63,108 nucleotides of DNA from Octopus bimaculoides (taxonomy: Eukaryota): positions 60,883,087 through 60,946,194 of the forward strand of contig NC_068993.1 of assembly GCF_001194135.2 (NCBI RefSeq), in the 5' to 3' direction. Of the stretch, positions 11,491 to 25,038 are shown piece after piece. Position numbers and translations under genes: made by a program. How positions within the stretch are numbered: the first letter of the stretch is position 1; each line of letters starts with the position of its first letter. Below the pieces are notes generated by a model. The model had not been told where the DNA came from. It was given only the letters and a program-made list of their open reading frames with translations, and made no database searches.

Positions 11491-13103
11491 CGGTGATATA
11501 GGGTGTGTTCGTACGAAGTGGCGTTGGTAGCCTTAACCGGTGCACGCACTCTTAGTAAAACCAACTTCCTGTCTAATCTATATCGATTGAATTTGTGTCA
11601 GCCAAGATGGCCGACCTCCGTGTTTAAGCCTGAAGCGTCCCCATTCAAGCAAAACACCTTCGCGCTATATGACGTTAGAAGAGTCTAAAGTAAACAGTCT
11701 CGCCAGATTAATCGCTCAGCCAATATCTATAAGGGCTACTTCTATAATTCTCTCTCTCTTTCTCTGTCTTTCTTTCTTTCTCTTCATTTTAAACTATCTT
11801 TCGCTCTCTCTCTCTTCTATTTCACTTCCTCTCTAATATCCAATATCAATCGTTCGCCATCTTTTTCTCTTTCATTTCCCACATTCTTTCATACGCCATA
11901 TGTTCCCTCTCTTCGTCTCTCCTCCGCCCCCGCTCTCTCTCTCTCTCTCTCTCTCTCGCTCTTTCTCTCTCATTTTCTGTTTCTCTTTCTTCTTCTCTAT
12001 AACAGTTACCCTTTCTAAATCTTTTTCTATTTTTATTTCAATGCCTCTCAACACAGACAAACCAAAACACTCAAACGCCCCCCTTTTATACACAAACAAG
12101 TCTGCGCGTGTGCATACACATGTCTATTTCTATATATTTCTGCGTATATACACATGTACAAACACATATAAACAATTTGACTCTGTCTCTCTGTCTCTCT
12201 CTCTCTCTCACTTTTCCTCATTATCTATCTNNNNNNNNNNNNNNNNNNNNNNNNNNNNNNNNNNNNNNNNNNNNNNNNNNNNNNNNNNNNNNNNNNNNNN
12301 NNNNNNNNNNNNNNNNNNNNNNNNNNNNNNNNNNNNNNNNNNNNNNNNNNNNNNNNNNNNNNNNNNNNNNNNNNNNNNNNNNNNNNNNNNNNNNNNNNNN
12401 NNNNNNNNNNNNNNNNNNNNNNNNNNNNNNNNNNNNNNNNNNNNNNNNNNNNNNNNNNNNNNNNNNNNNNNNNNNNNNNNNNNNNNNNNNNNNNNNNNNN
12501 NNNNNNNNNNNNNNNNNNNNNNNNNNNNNNNNNNNNNNNNNNNNNNNNNNNNNNNNNNNNNNNNNNNNNNNNNNNNNNNNNNNNNNNNNNNNNNNNNNNN
12601 NNNNNNNNNNNNCACACACATCACTATACACAACTAAAAACAGGCTAAAACAGCAAACAGAAAGGGCAAAGAAGAGAGAGAAGGAGGAAAAAGGTAGAGA
12701 AGAAGGGAGAAAGAGAGATAAACAGACAGACAGACAGATAGAGAAAGAGATAAAGAGAGACTTAAGAGAGGAAGAGGTAACGTGCGTGTGTGTGTGTGTA
12801 TGTGTAAAAAAGTGAGAAAAATAAATATATATCCTTTTTCTTTTTTGTTGCATTTGTTCATTCTTTTGCCATCAGCTTTCTACTAAATCACTACCACTCC
12901 TCATTTTGCATCCAACCACTCCTCCTCCTCCTCCTCTTCTTCAATCCTGTTATTTTTGTATCAATAGTGATGTCAATATGTACTTATCTTTATCATTGCG
13001 TGTGTTTGATCTTTTGTGTGATTGCGTTATACGTGTTTATCGTTCTGTGTCTGGTTCCCATATATATATATGTACATATATATATATATAATATTTATAT
13101 ATG

Positions 13104-13190
<87 letters not shown>

Positions 13191-13337
13191 ATCTACACAC
13201 ACACACACACACGCATACACACATGTACATACCTATGTGTATGTGTGTATACAGAAACAGAACTGTACCTCTTCATGTCGACGCACATACGGATATCTTT
13301 ATGCATACCTATACATACACACACACACACACATACG

Positions 13338-13389
<52 letters not shown>

Positions 13390-13723
13390 CATAAACACAC
13401 ACACACGAACACACACACACACACACACGCGCACAGAGTAGGTCTTTTTGTGAGATTAGAAATTAATATTGTCTGTGCGTATATAAACATGGCCGTGTTT
13501 ATGTTACATAAGCAAAGCTAGCTTAACTTCCGATGTCACCAAGCGTTAATGATGTTGCTGGGAGCGGACTGTGATACAGGTGGTTGCTGTGTTTGAGTTG
13601 GTAGCGATGGGAGTGGAGTAACGTGGCGAGGGAGTAGCACTACAGAAAAAGAGGGAGAAAATAAGTTAGAATGAGAGAGATAGTGTAGACAAAAGAGGCA
13701 GAAGAGAAAGTTGGGATGATAGT

Positions 13724-13767
<44 letters not shown>

Positions 13768-13777
13768 NNNNNNNNNN

Positions 13778-13820
<43 letters not shown>

Positions 13821-14005
13821 GCGATGTAAGATTGTGTGAATGTTAGGAGAGGGTTTTAGAATACCAGGAGAGACTGAATTGAGTTTTTGAGAGAGAGCCA
13901 TGGAAAGATGTGGGACGAGATGTGGGACGCTGGAGACAGGAAGGAGCAAGGAGAATCTGGCACATGATGAGGGATGCGGTTCTGAAAGGTGGTAGGATAA
14001 TCGAG

Positions 14006-14064
<59 letters not shown>

Positions 14065-14410
14065 NNNNNNNNNNNNNNNNNNNNNNNNNNNNNNNNNNNN
14101 NNNNNNNNNNNNNNNNNNNNNNNNNNNNNNNNNNNNNNNNNNNNNNNNNNNNNNNNNNNNNNNNNNNNNNNNNNNNNNNNNNNNNNNNNNNNNNNNNNNN
14201 NNNNNNNNNNNNNNNNNNNNNNNNNNNNNNNNNNNNNNNNNNNNNNNNNNNNNNNNNNNNNNNNNNNNNNNNNNNNNNNNNNNNNNNNNNNNNNNNNNNN
14301 NNNNNNNNNNNNNNNNNNNNNNNNNNNNNNNNNNNNNNNNNNNNNNNNNNNNNNNNNNNNNNNNNNNNNNNNNNNNNNNNNNNNNNNNNNNNNNNNNNNN
14401 NNNNNNNNNN

Positions 14411-14452
<42 letters not shown>

Positions 14453-14602
14453 ATGGATGGATGGATGGATGGATGGATGGATGGATGGATGGATGGATAG
14501 GCAGGCAAGTAGGCAGGAAGGCAGGCAGGCAGGTAGACAGACAGACAGACAGGTAGACAGATAGGTTGATAGACAGACAGACAAGTAGATAGGTAGATAG
14601 AT
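14411..14602. repeat. Compound tetranucleotide array GGCT-GGAT-AGGC-AGAC-AGAT
   Basis: Visible directly. Confidence 0.95.
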
Positions 14603-15446
14603 ATCAACATCAGCTGTGGTTATTCTTATCAAAGGAACCCTCCGAGAAGAACCACAGCAAAGAATGGTTCGTGTTAGAGCTATTGTAACATTTGCGGTAT
14701 ATTGGTCTTCTACCTGCCACAAAGAAAACTAACAAGTGTTATTTGAGAAGCTTCGGTTTTTACCTGTCCCTTTTCTGGTTAGGAACTGTGAACTTCTATA
14801 AACCTTTCGTCCCCTTCGTTGTCGAACAGGAAGAAGGTCGCTACAAACACCAGATTCTTGCTTCTGGTGGCACATCCGATGCCGTCTCCTTCATCAAGCG
14901 TTTCCCGTTGCAAGATGGAAAGACGTTAAATTCCTGCTTTTCGTTGTGTCGTGAAATGGTTTTCTCGCTTCAGTTCTTCAAACAATTTTCACATCCACTT
15001 TGGTAAATTACCTGTTGCCTGACAAATGTCTCGTAATCGAGTTCGAACCATCATTCCACCGGTGCGTGGATCAGTCGTTCTGCCGTTCGACTTCACTTAT
15101 ACTTCTGCTCTGACAAAGCAAAGTGTGAGACTTGCGTTTCCCATGTCTTGCAAACCTTCTGGTCCCTTTGTATTATCTTCCTTTTCCAGTTTGCCCATGG
15201 AGGAGGAGGAGGANNNNNNNNNNNNNNNNNNNNNNNNNNNNNNNNNNNNNNNNNNNNNNNNNNNNNNNNNNGGAGGAGGATGAGGAGGGGAGGAGGATGA
15301 AGAGGGGGGGAGTGTGTCGGTGAAGTTGAAGTTTACTCACGATTCTGTCGGTTCTGACCTTGTGGTTCTTGGCTTAACGTTTATGATGTTATTAATGTTG
15401 CTCTTTGTTACAGAATTGTTTTGGTGTTGTTCTTTACATTTGGCAT

Positions 15447-15495
<49 letters not shown>

Positions 15496-15540
15496 CAGCA
15501 GTTATTTTCTTCTTCTTGTTGTTGTAGTTGTTGTTGTTGC

Positions 15541-15583
<43 letters not shown>

Positions 15584-15589
15584 TATTAA

Positions 15590-15800
15590 GGCGGCGAGCT
15601 GGCTGAATCGTTATCATGGTGGACGAAATACTTAGCGGTATTTTGCCCGTCGTTACGCTCTGAGTTCAAATTCCGCCGGGGTCGACTTTGCCTTTCATCC
15701 TTTCAGGGTTGATAAACTAAGTACCAGTGAAAACGCTGGGGCCGATGTAATTGACTAGTCCCCTCCCCCAAAATTTCTCTTGTGCTTTTAGCAGAAAGGA
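15590..15800 (+). mobile_element. SINE family A, full length
   Basis: Consensus head, body and tail, embedded in (ATT)n. Confidence 0.9.
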
Positions 15801-16074
15801 TTATTATTATTATTATTATTATTGTTGTTGTTATTATTGTTATCAGCAGCATCATTACTTACTTATTTATATTATTGTTGCTTTGTTTTATACAAGTTGT
15901 TTCAAGTCTCACCAAGGGACCTCAGGTAATAGCAAGATGGCTATTTTACAAAGGGCTATATTTACGATTTAGCAATGATATAAGGAGAGCGGAATCTGGA
16001 AACTAAGATTCTATTAAATTTGTAGCGTTTCAGTTTTGAAAGACTTTTAAGAGAATCACTTATGTTCAAGTTGG

Positions 16075-16258
16075 CAATGTTTTTTCTTAGGATGTGGGCA
16101 GAACCTGCGAAAACAATTTTTTGTAGTTCTTTTGGGTGTCTTGGTATTTGACTATAATGCTTAAGAGTGCTTTTTGGTATTGTCTCCAAAGCTCTGCAGC
16201 CGATTAATCTATAATTTTGCTTTGAGTCTTGGCGAGATCACTGCGATCTCCAAGTTCA
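16075..16258 (-). mobile_element. RLE-type non-LTR retrotransposon 3' fragment
   Basis: (L)ETIPKSTLKHYSQIPRHPKELQKIVFAGSAHILRK resembles the LGTIPK...LQK..LLG(T/S)AHILRK C-terminus of R4/Dong elements. Confidence 0.75.
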
Positions 16259-16261
16259 AAG

Positions 16262-16490
16262 TGTATGACCTTCAAACAAAGAGGTGGTGGACGCTTCAAT
16301 GACGAAGTTCTTCGCTTCGAAGGACAAGAACTGGAATCAGCGTGAAATGAAAGAACTGGCAGAATACTGACTTCAGACGGTGCAACACGATGGCCTCTAC
16401 TTTGAATTCTAGGCTGCTATTGCTAAAACTTAACTAATAAAGAAATTAAGTTACCAAAATATTGCTAAACTTTTGACTCGACACAGTATT
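16262..16490 (+). mobile_element. Mariner 3' end with probable TIR
   Basis: TKFFASKDKNWNQREMKELAEY*LQTVQHDGLYFE followed by aaacttttgactcgacacagta. Confidence 0.75.
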
Positions 16491-16989
16491 GTAAAAAAAA
16501 CCAGGAATATGTCCTTGTCAGGAGAGTTCCTCCACTCACTTTTGTAAATTGCCGTATTTCTTGTAAAGATTCACATACTCCTACTTGACTTGTTTCTCGT
16601 TGATAACAGCCACGCTCATCTTAGCAAGATACAACAGGGAATATAAACATAATAACCAAATGTTTTAGATTAATGTCTCTGTGTTTAGAAAAAGAAGGTA
16701 ACATTTTAAAAAGAAGGTACATGGAATCCAGGATCGGTGCCTACCCGAAACATTGAAACTCATAGCACTTCATGAGCTACTAACGTGCATGGGTTCGAAT
16801 TTTGTCTGAAAACATTGCTTCTTTTGTGCCTCCCTGTTATTTAGATGTTGCTCCGGCGCTGTTTCTGGTGACAAACGGTGGAATTTTGTTTAATGATACA
16901 AGAAATGTATCCAGACACTTTATCCAAGGTATTGAGTTCTGTGCTCTGCTAAAATGTATTTGAATATAATTTGCAAATCTTACACCACG

Positions 16990-17020
<31 letters not shown>

Positions 17021-17183
17021 TGTATGTATGTATGTATGTATGTAGGTAGGTAGGTAGGTAGGTAGGTATTATGAGTGTCAGGGAGGGAGAGTGAGAGAAA
17101 GAGAAAGTAAATATATTTGCCGTCAGATTAGTCACTTTATGCATTCAGAGAAAAAGGAAGCTGAGTCATAAATAGATTAACAA

Positions 17184-17252
<69 letters not shown>

Positions 17253-17262
17253 GTGTGTGTGT

Positions 17263-17293
<31 letters not shown>

Positions 17294-17494
17294 ATGGAGA
17301 TCAGATGTATAGAGAGAGGGATAATAAGGAGCGAAAGAGAAAGCTGACAGATAGACAGAGAGACAAACCGACAGAGAGACGTCTAAATTGACTAATTCAT
17401 TGATTGATTGATTGGTAGTTGTGAATGCCTACGTACATATGCGAGTGCGGGTGTAGGCATATATGACTATATGTTTGTACGTATGAAGAAGCAC

Positions 17495-17562
<68 letters not shown>

Positions 17563-17711
17563 GAAACCTCTATAGATCATGTGTTATATCGGTAATTTAT
17601 CCTTGCTCTTTGTTACAATAGGTCAATTTAAAGCAACACTCATTAAGGGCATAATACTGTGTTCTCTTCTGTTAATACTCATAGTCTCTCTCTCCTCCTC
17701 TTCCTCCTTCG

Positions 17712-17804
<93 letters not shown>

Positions 17805-18822
17805 CACCCTTCTCGCTATCCGCTCAGATTATGTTTTAATGACTATATATTTAACCAATTTTTGCTCTTCGAAAATTTATCTCTTATTTATTTCTTTTAT
17901 GACAGGTATTAATTATTATTCACCAGTTTGCGTCGCTCTAAGAAGATTTCACTTCAATTACTAACAATAGCTCTGTTAATTCCATAAGTATTGGTTTTGG
18001 TAACAAATTAATATGTCTGCCTTTTTTTTCTTCTTTAACTGTAGTTTGCCAAAATTGGTTAACTAGCCATAATTGTGTGTTTCTTTTTAACACAAGTAGG
18101 AGATGAAATGAAAATGAATCTAGGATACACCATTTCACTAAACATGTCTTAAATGGCGAGCAAATTTTTTTTTTTTTTGTTATTTCACACTGTGATCAAA
18201 AGGCGAAGAATTCGTTTGATCTGAATTGCTCTTTTCTTTACAAAATTGCACGGAAGTCATATTGTAACAAACATAGTTTGGAATCGTAAAACCAGATTTT
18301 TGTGAAATATTTTCGTTTTAATTTTAATTTGGGGAATCTAAATTTTGTTTTGTGATATATATTGGTTTCTTGATTCTGTTTTTGATATTTCTTCCTTGTT
18401 TGTGGAGAATTCAAAAATACTAAACGAAACTAAACAGCATCGAATATACAAAACCAGTGGACTTATTACTTTCAGTGAAAATAATGACTGATCTCAGGAA
18501 TGTTCAAACTAGATGGATGAATAGAAAATATGTGTCAATCGTGCTCTCTTCTTTCATTGAGAACGTCTGCTTCTCAAGGTTATTTCTTAAACATTTTCGT
18601 GACACAATAAGCCATATCAATATTTATTGGTAAAAACTAAAAATATACAAACTGTCTACAATAACTGAAGATTTTTCTATAATTTCGCCATTGATATTTT
18701 GGGTTTACTTAACTTTAAATCTAATATTCATATCGCTAGACAAAATGATATTTTCAAAACTATATAAATTCTACTTTTAATCACAAACAGTAATAATTTC
18801 TCACGCAAGCAGAGTACCATAT

Positions 18823-18937
18823 AGGCGCAGGCGTGGCTTTGTGGTAAAAATTTACTCCTCAATCACGAGGCTCCAGGTTCAGTCCCACTACATGGAACTT
18901 TGGGCAAGTATTTTTACTATAGCCTCAGGCTGACCCA
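18823..18937 (+). mobile_element. SINE family B head and CORE-like part
   Basis: ggcgcaggcgtggctttgtggtaa...ggttcagtcccact...tttgggcaagt...tactatagcctc. Confidence 0.85.
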
Positions 18938-18940
18938 CCA

Positions 18941-19687
18941 AACAGATAACAACACCTTACGTGGGTGAAGACCTTCTTTAGCCTGGGGTGCTGGTGTTTC
19001 TCCTTCCACACTGACTTTCTTCGGCGCTTGACATTTTTATAGAGAACCCATTTCTCGTCACCAGTCACTATTCGGTCAAAATAGGTTCATTCGTGAGATG
19101 CGACAGCAAAGAAGATTAGATCTGCACACGGTTAGACTCGGAAAGTTTGTGTGGAACCCATTGAACCAATTTGCTGACATTTCCGATGGCACAAAGGTGT
19201 CGATGAATGGCGTAATGACCAAATCCAAACTTCTCTGCTAGTTCAACAGTCACGATGGGATTTTGTTCCCCCAGGGTTTGCAAGACGTCCTTGTCGAGCT
19301 CTACAGATCTTCCAGGACAAGACTCGTCTTCTAGGCAGCAATTTCCGGCTTGGAATTTCTGGAACCACTGTTGACACTGGTTAACGCTTATTGTCCGATC
19401 CCCAAATACTGCATTAATATTCCTCGCAGTTTCCGTTGCGTTGTTGCCTTTATTGAACTCATAAAGCAAAATATGACGAATATGCTCCTTTGTTACTTAC
19501 ATTATAGCTTTGAAAAAATAACTGTTAAAATCGAACTGCACTCTTCAGAACTTGCACTAACAATAAGTACAAAGTAAAATTACTACCTGTTTTTACAGCA
19601 AGTTGATGCAGGTAGTTTATCCCGTCCCCCTCTGACTTTCAGTTTATGTAATTGAAAAAACCGCATTATTTATGGGATAACCCAATA
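18941..19687 (-). mobile_element. Mariner element, 5' half with TIR
   Basis: ORF 19116-19469 (MLYEFNKGNNATETARNINAVFGD...QWFQKF...WVPHKLSE, mariner HTH and WVPHEL linker); [10 protein letters not shown] downstream; TIR tattgggttatcccataaataatgcgg at 19687; same family as 9679-10283. Confidence 0.95.
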
Positions 19688-19691
19688 CTAT

Positions 19692-19895
19692 TTCCACAAG
19701 GCCTGAAATTTTGGGGGTAAGAAGGTAGTCGATTACATCGACCACAGTACCTGACTGGTATTTATTTTATTGACCTTGAAAGGATGAACGGCAAAGTCAA
19801 CCTCAGTGCCATTTGAATTTAGAATGTAAAGAGACGGAAGAAATGCCGGAAAGCATTTTGTCCGATATGCTAACAATTCCATCAACTAATCTCCT
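19692..19895 (-). mobile_element. SINE family A, diverged
   Basis: Reverse complement body gtcgattacatcgac...gaaaggatgaacggcaaagtcaacctc. Confidence 0.8.
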
Positions 19896-20148
19896 GAATA
19901 GAAATAATAATAACAATAATATTAACGATGATAATGATGATAGTAATTATGTTGATAATGATGATTGTGATTGTGGTGAAATGTTGATAGTGTTTATCGA
20001 TTTTAGAGAAGAAGAGTTAAAGATGAGATCTAAACAAATAACCAGTCAGGAATTTGTTGCTGCAATCGATATTTATAGAATTACCGTGAAAAGAAAGAGT
20101 AACGTTTCCAGGATCTTTGACGAAGAAGATTTGAAGAGAGTGCTCGAA

Positions 20149-20190
20149 GGAAGGCCATTTCAGGAAGGCCATTTCAGGAAGGCCATTTGA
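20149..20190. repeat. 3 x 14-bp tandem repeat ggaaggccatttca
   Basis: Visible directly. Confidence 0.9.
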
Positions 20191-21616
20191 GCGACTTGAA
20201 AACGATTTTAGTTTCAATAAAACAAGAAATACTCTCAAGACCACACGAAATATAGTTTAGGTCCAGGTCAGACCTGGTTAGGCAGATTTGCTCTATGTTC
20301 CGGAGAGAGTCAGCGTTTCATTGTTGTTGCTTAATCCCAGAGCAAACTTATGATCAAAAATTTTCTAATACTGACCATCCAGTCTCATTTCTGTGTGAGT
20401 AACAATTCTTTTAAAGAAGCATGCATGTCTGGCTAATTACCGTCTGATCGCATCGGAGTATCTTCTCAGTGGCCTCTTGTAGAAAAGACGTGTTTCTCTA
20501 GTCAGACGGTTCATCTGCTGCTAGAACACTCTCCGTGATTGGCTAGGTATGCTGTGGTTATTGCTGTTGTTATTGCAGAGGCTAGACCATCTGCAATAGA
20601 TTCCTGGATGTTGAGCGTGTGTGGTCTCCTTTCGGAACATAGATCTTTCTGCAATACGTTTTCTTGACAGAAATGCCGTCTTGCGTCAAGCAAAGCCGAG
20701 GCTGCACTTGGTATCTGGAATATTTCCAGACACTTACTGCCTAGCAATGGAATTGAGGAAAGTTCCACTCTAATAATCGATAGAGAGACATGGTGGGGAA
20801 GAGTGACGATGCTCTAAGGCGAAACTCTTGGTTTCGGCGAAAATCGATTGGCCTGTTTATTACAGAGGATTTTCGGGCCGAGGACTACGATAGATAATAT
20901 TCGGAAGTACATGATTTAGCAGTGCCACTGAGGGGCGCTATCGAATGACGCTACTCGATTCGAGATAAACTTTACAAGCACGGAAGTAATGTTAGACGTT
21001 CCAGTTTGAAATTATGCGCAGAGGGTGACGAAACTGTTCTGCAAAAGGTCTCGTTCAGTGTTCGGATATTGCTGACTTGTGGTTTTATGTGGAACAGTTG
21101 CTGCCGCATATAAGGCAGATCGGCCATCAACTGAGCTTGTTGTGATGTGCGACACGCGATCCCTTCTTAATCTAAAAGGATGGGCAGATTCTTCTGTCTG
21201 ATGACTACCGCAACAGTACTGAACGAAATTGAAAGCTCTAAAGACAAACACTCATGAACTCTTTCGAGTCTTATCGAAAAGTAAAAGTAGAAACGAAGAT
21301 GTTATTCTCGATATATTGAAGACGTGACTGGAGTAACTGAAACCGCCTTGAGTACACAACGAACGGAGAGGGCACTTGTCCTTCGGGTTTGCTGTATTCG
21401 TGGATCTGTGAGGTTTCCTAATTGGCTTCAGATGGAGGTCCTTCCCTATTCGAAGGGCTGTAGTATAAACATCATTCATTATTTTTACACCGTGTACACT
21501 TATCCTTCGTGTATTTTTCGTTCCTCAAACGGATTTTCTGTGGAAACCCTCACGCTTTATGTCTGCCTTTGTAGTTGGTTCTCTCATCTTTTGCCATGGT
21601 CGCAAAGATAGAAAGT

Positions 21617-21652
<36 letters not shown>

Positions 21653-22395
21653 GTCTTCATCGTTGTCGTCGTTGTCATCGTCGTCGCCGTCATCATCATC
21701 ATCACCATCACCAACGTCGTCATCATCATCATCAGCATCATTATAGAATAATCGGATTTGCTATTTAGTGCTAATTGTCCTGATTGCACGAAAATGACAG
21801 CGCCACCTACATTACCCCACCAACCATCCTTACTACCAACAAAGCTGTTCGTTCTTCTTCGATATTCTGCACAAAGTCATCGTCTCTCCCTCTCTCTCTT
21901 CCCCTCCTTCTTTCTCTCTCTCTCCCTCTGTCTCCCCCCTCCCTGTGCCTCTTCCTCTTCCCTTTGAAACTTTGTCAGTCTCTCCTCTTTCTACCGCCTC
22001 TATCTCTTTCTCTTACTCTTTCATCCTTTACCTCCTCTTTCCCTACCCTTTTTCTCTTCCTCTTTTTCTCCCTGTTAATTTCCTTCTCACTTTCGTTCTC
22101 CCATTTTCGTTCTCTCTTCTCACAATCTTCCTTTCTGCTTCTCACCCTTCTTTTTCTATTTCTTTCTTTCTTTCTTTCTCTCTCCTCTTTCTACCCCTTT
22201 CCCACCTATCTGTAACTCTTCTTTCTTCTCGTTTCTTAACTTTCCCCCTCTCTCTCTCTATCTCTCTCTTCCTCCGTCCCTATCACCTCTTCTACTCCCC
22301 CCTCATTCCCAACCATCAACCCTCTCTCTTCCACCCTCATCTCACATCTTCATCAATTCTCTTTCTCTCTCATCTCTTTCTCCTCACCCATTCTT

Positions 22396-22430
<35 letters not shown>

Positions 22431-22533
22431 TTCGCTCTCCACTCTTTGACTTCCCTCTCACTTCCTACCATTCTCTCATCACTTCACAATATAGTCTAAA
22501 CTCTTCTACATCATTCTCTCTCTTTCTCTCACC

Positions 22534-22565
<32 letters not shown>

Positions 22566-22570
22566 GTCTC

Positions 22571-22665
<95 letters not shown>
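21617..22665. repeat. (CAT)n/(CGT)n followed by an about 800-bp pyrimidine-rich tract ending in (CT)n
   Basis: Visible directly. Confidence 0.95.
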
Positions 22666-22667
<2 letters not shown>

Positions 22668-24697
22668 CTTAATGACTTTCCCATCACCCCCTTTGCTTCG
22701 CTTTAACTTCACACCTCCATTTAATTTAAAGTGAATACCGTCAAAAATGATCGTCTGCTTCTGTAGCCGGCGGCTGATATATCTGTCTGTATTGTCTGCA
22801 ATTACCGCATTTCATAAGAGCATATGAACACCTACTGAGTTAATCACATGCATGATTAACCAATCTAACAGTGACAGTTTGTATATTCAAAAGAGATATT
22901 GCAGTTCTGCACATTTGAAATGCATCGGAAAGGACTAACAATTCCAACTGAGAGCCATCAGGAAATTTACTTGTCTTCTTAAACTGCATGTGTAGTAATT
23001 CTTCAATGCTTTCCTGTTAGATTTTTGCAAGTTTCTCTGAGATAGTAAAATAGGAAGAAGTAATGTATATTGTATTTTACTTTCAAGAAGAGAGAAGGAA
23101 CTAAAATTAAATTTAAATACAAATCTTTTCCATTAAAAGACATTTTCGTTCCCAAACTGCTACTAAACTCATCTGAATTACGGTCTGACTTGCTTAAATA
23201 CTGCAGCCTTATTTCTCGATGTTTTGCAACTATAACCGAAAGAAATTTTCTCTTTGGATTGTATTTCACACAGGAAACTTTATTATTATGGAAGGTCTAC
23301 CCCTTACTAGGGTGAGACAACAAGTTCGATGTTTAAAGATATCGTCCGCTTGTTTTAAAAATCTAACGCTTAGACAAAATAAAACGGCTTCTTTCCACAA
23401 ATATGCTTCTCAGGATGGTTAACGTTTTGAACGCGCATATGTCCGCTCAAAATTGTATTACTGTTGACTACAGAAAGTGGTTTTACCCATGGTTTTGAAA
23501 AAAAATCTCTTCTTACGCTACGAGAAGCGGAAATCTCCCAGTACCCCCTTGTATAGATTTTCGGAATGTTTTCAGAGATTTTCATCAAATCTCTCTTTAC
23601 TGAGTAAAAATCGAATACTTTTAGTGGTGGATATGAAAACCGTATCTACAGAAGATACTGAAAAAGTATTACAGAAGCACAAAATACCAATTCTATTGTT
23701 TTGGTTGATAATTAACATCATTATGGAAATGATCATGGAATCTAATTATGCAGTCAAAGGGCTGAATAAACAAAACAAAAGAAGCAACAAACGAAATGAA
23801 AGAAATGTCAAAAGATATTGATGATGCACAAACAAGAAACAAAAAATAAAAAGAAAGAACAAACGAATAGGACAACGTAACATGATTGCGAAAACAGCAA
23901 CAACAACAACAACAACAACAACAACACCAACATGATACCTACTCGTACCGAGTGGAATGTAATTAGGAATGATAAAGCGCTAACTTTTACAAACAACTCT
24001 TAATATAGAATATTTTGCTGAAATGGACGTAATGAAACCGCATTCTGTCCATCACAAGACAGGCTTCAACCTGTCCTCAAACTGTCAGAGTTGTAGGAGG
24101 AGGAGTATAACTTATCTGTGATTTGCTAAGAATACGATGGGAAAGGGGGAGAATACTGAGCTACGAGTAGTGAGGAAGAAATATTCCACGATATGTGCAA
24201 TCTTGAAAAGAAGGCACCGAGCAAAAAGAGAATACAGCCAAAGTGTAGGAAACTAACCTGACCATTATCTGGTTCCTCGGTCTATGAGAAGGAGAAGCAC
24301 TGCACAAAGGTTTACCGCCAGGAATATAGGTGGTGACATCAACGCCTGGCTAGAGTCACAGCCACTCGCAGCAGTAACTCGTCAAAGTGTAGTGAGAGCT
24401 GCCTTTGAAAGTGTCAGCCTTCTTTTAGAGCATATTATCAAACCAGTGACTGATAACGGATTATCGAAACCAATCACTCGTTAGCGCCTTTGCACCGTTC
24501 TCTACATCTTGCTGCTGACCTTTTCATTCCAAGCTTCATTTCATCTGTTTTATGCAGAAGCGTTTATTACGCATCTAAGTTCCGTTGGCATTGGTAACCA
24601 GGGTTGATGCGTTGTGGCTAAACAGACGTAGGCAGGCAGCTTTCTTTAGAAGGTGTGATGAGAAGAATTAATCTTCAGTGATATTTTGTAAGAGTAC

Positions 24698-24841
24698 AAA
24701 GAAGAGAGAGAGAGAAAGAGAGAGAGGGGGAAGAAAGAGAGAAAGAAAGAAAGAAAGAAAAAGAAGGAAAGAAAAAAAGAAGGAAAGAAAGAAAGAAAGA
24801 AAGAAAGAAAAAGAAGGAAAGAAAAAAGAAGGGAAGAAGGA

Positions 24842-24901
<60 letters not shown>

Positions 24902-25006
24902 GAGAAAGAAAGAAAGAAAAAGAAGGAAAGAAAAAAAGAAGGAAAGAAAAAAAGAAGGAAAGAAAGAAAGAAAGAAAGAAAGAAAAAGAAGGAAAGAAAA
25001 AAGAAG

Positions 25007-25038
<32 letters not shown>

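Noticed and set aside
10823-11545. 240-aa Thr-rich mucin-like ORF
   Set aside because: It is built from (GGT)n, (AGT)n and (GAT)n arrays and spans a gap.
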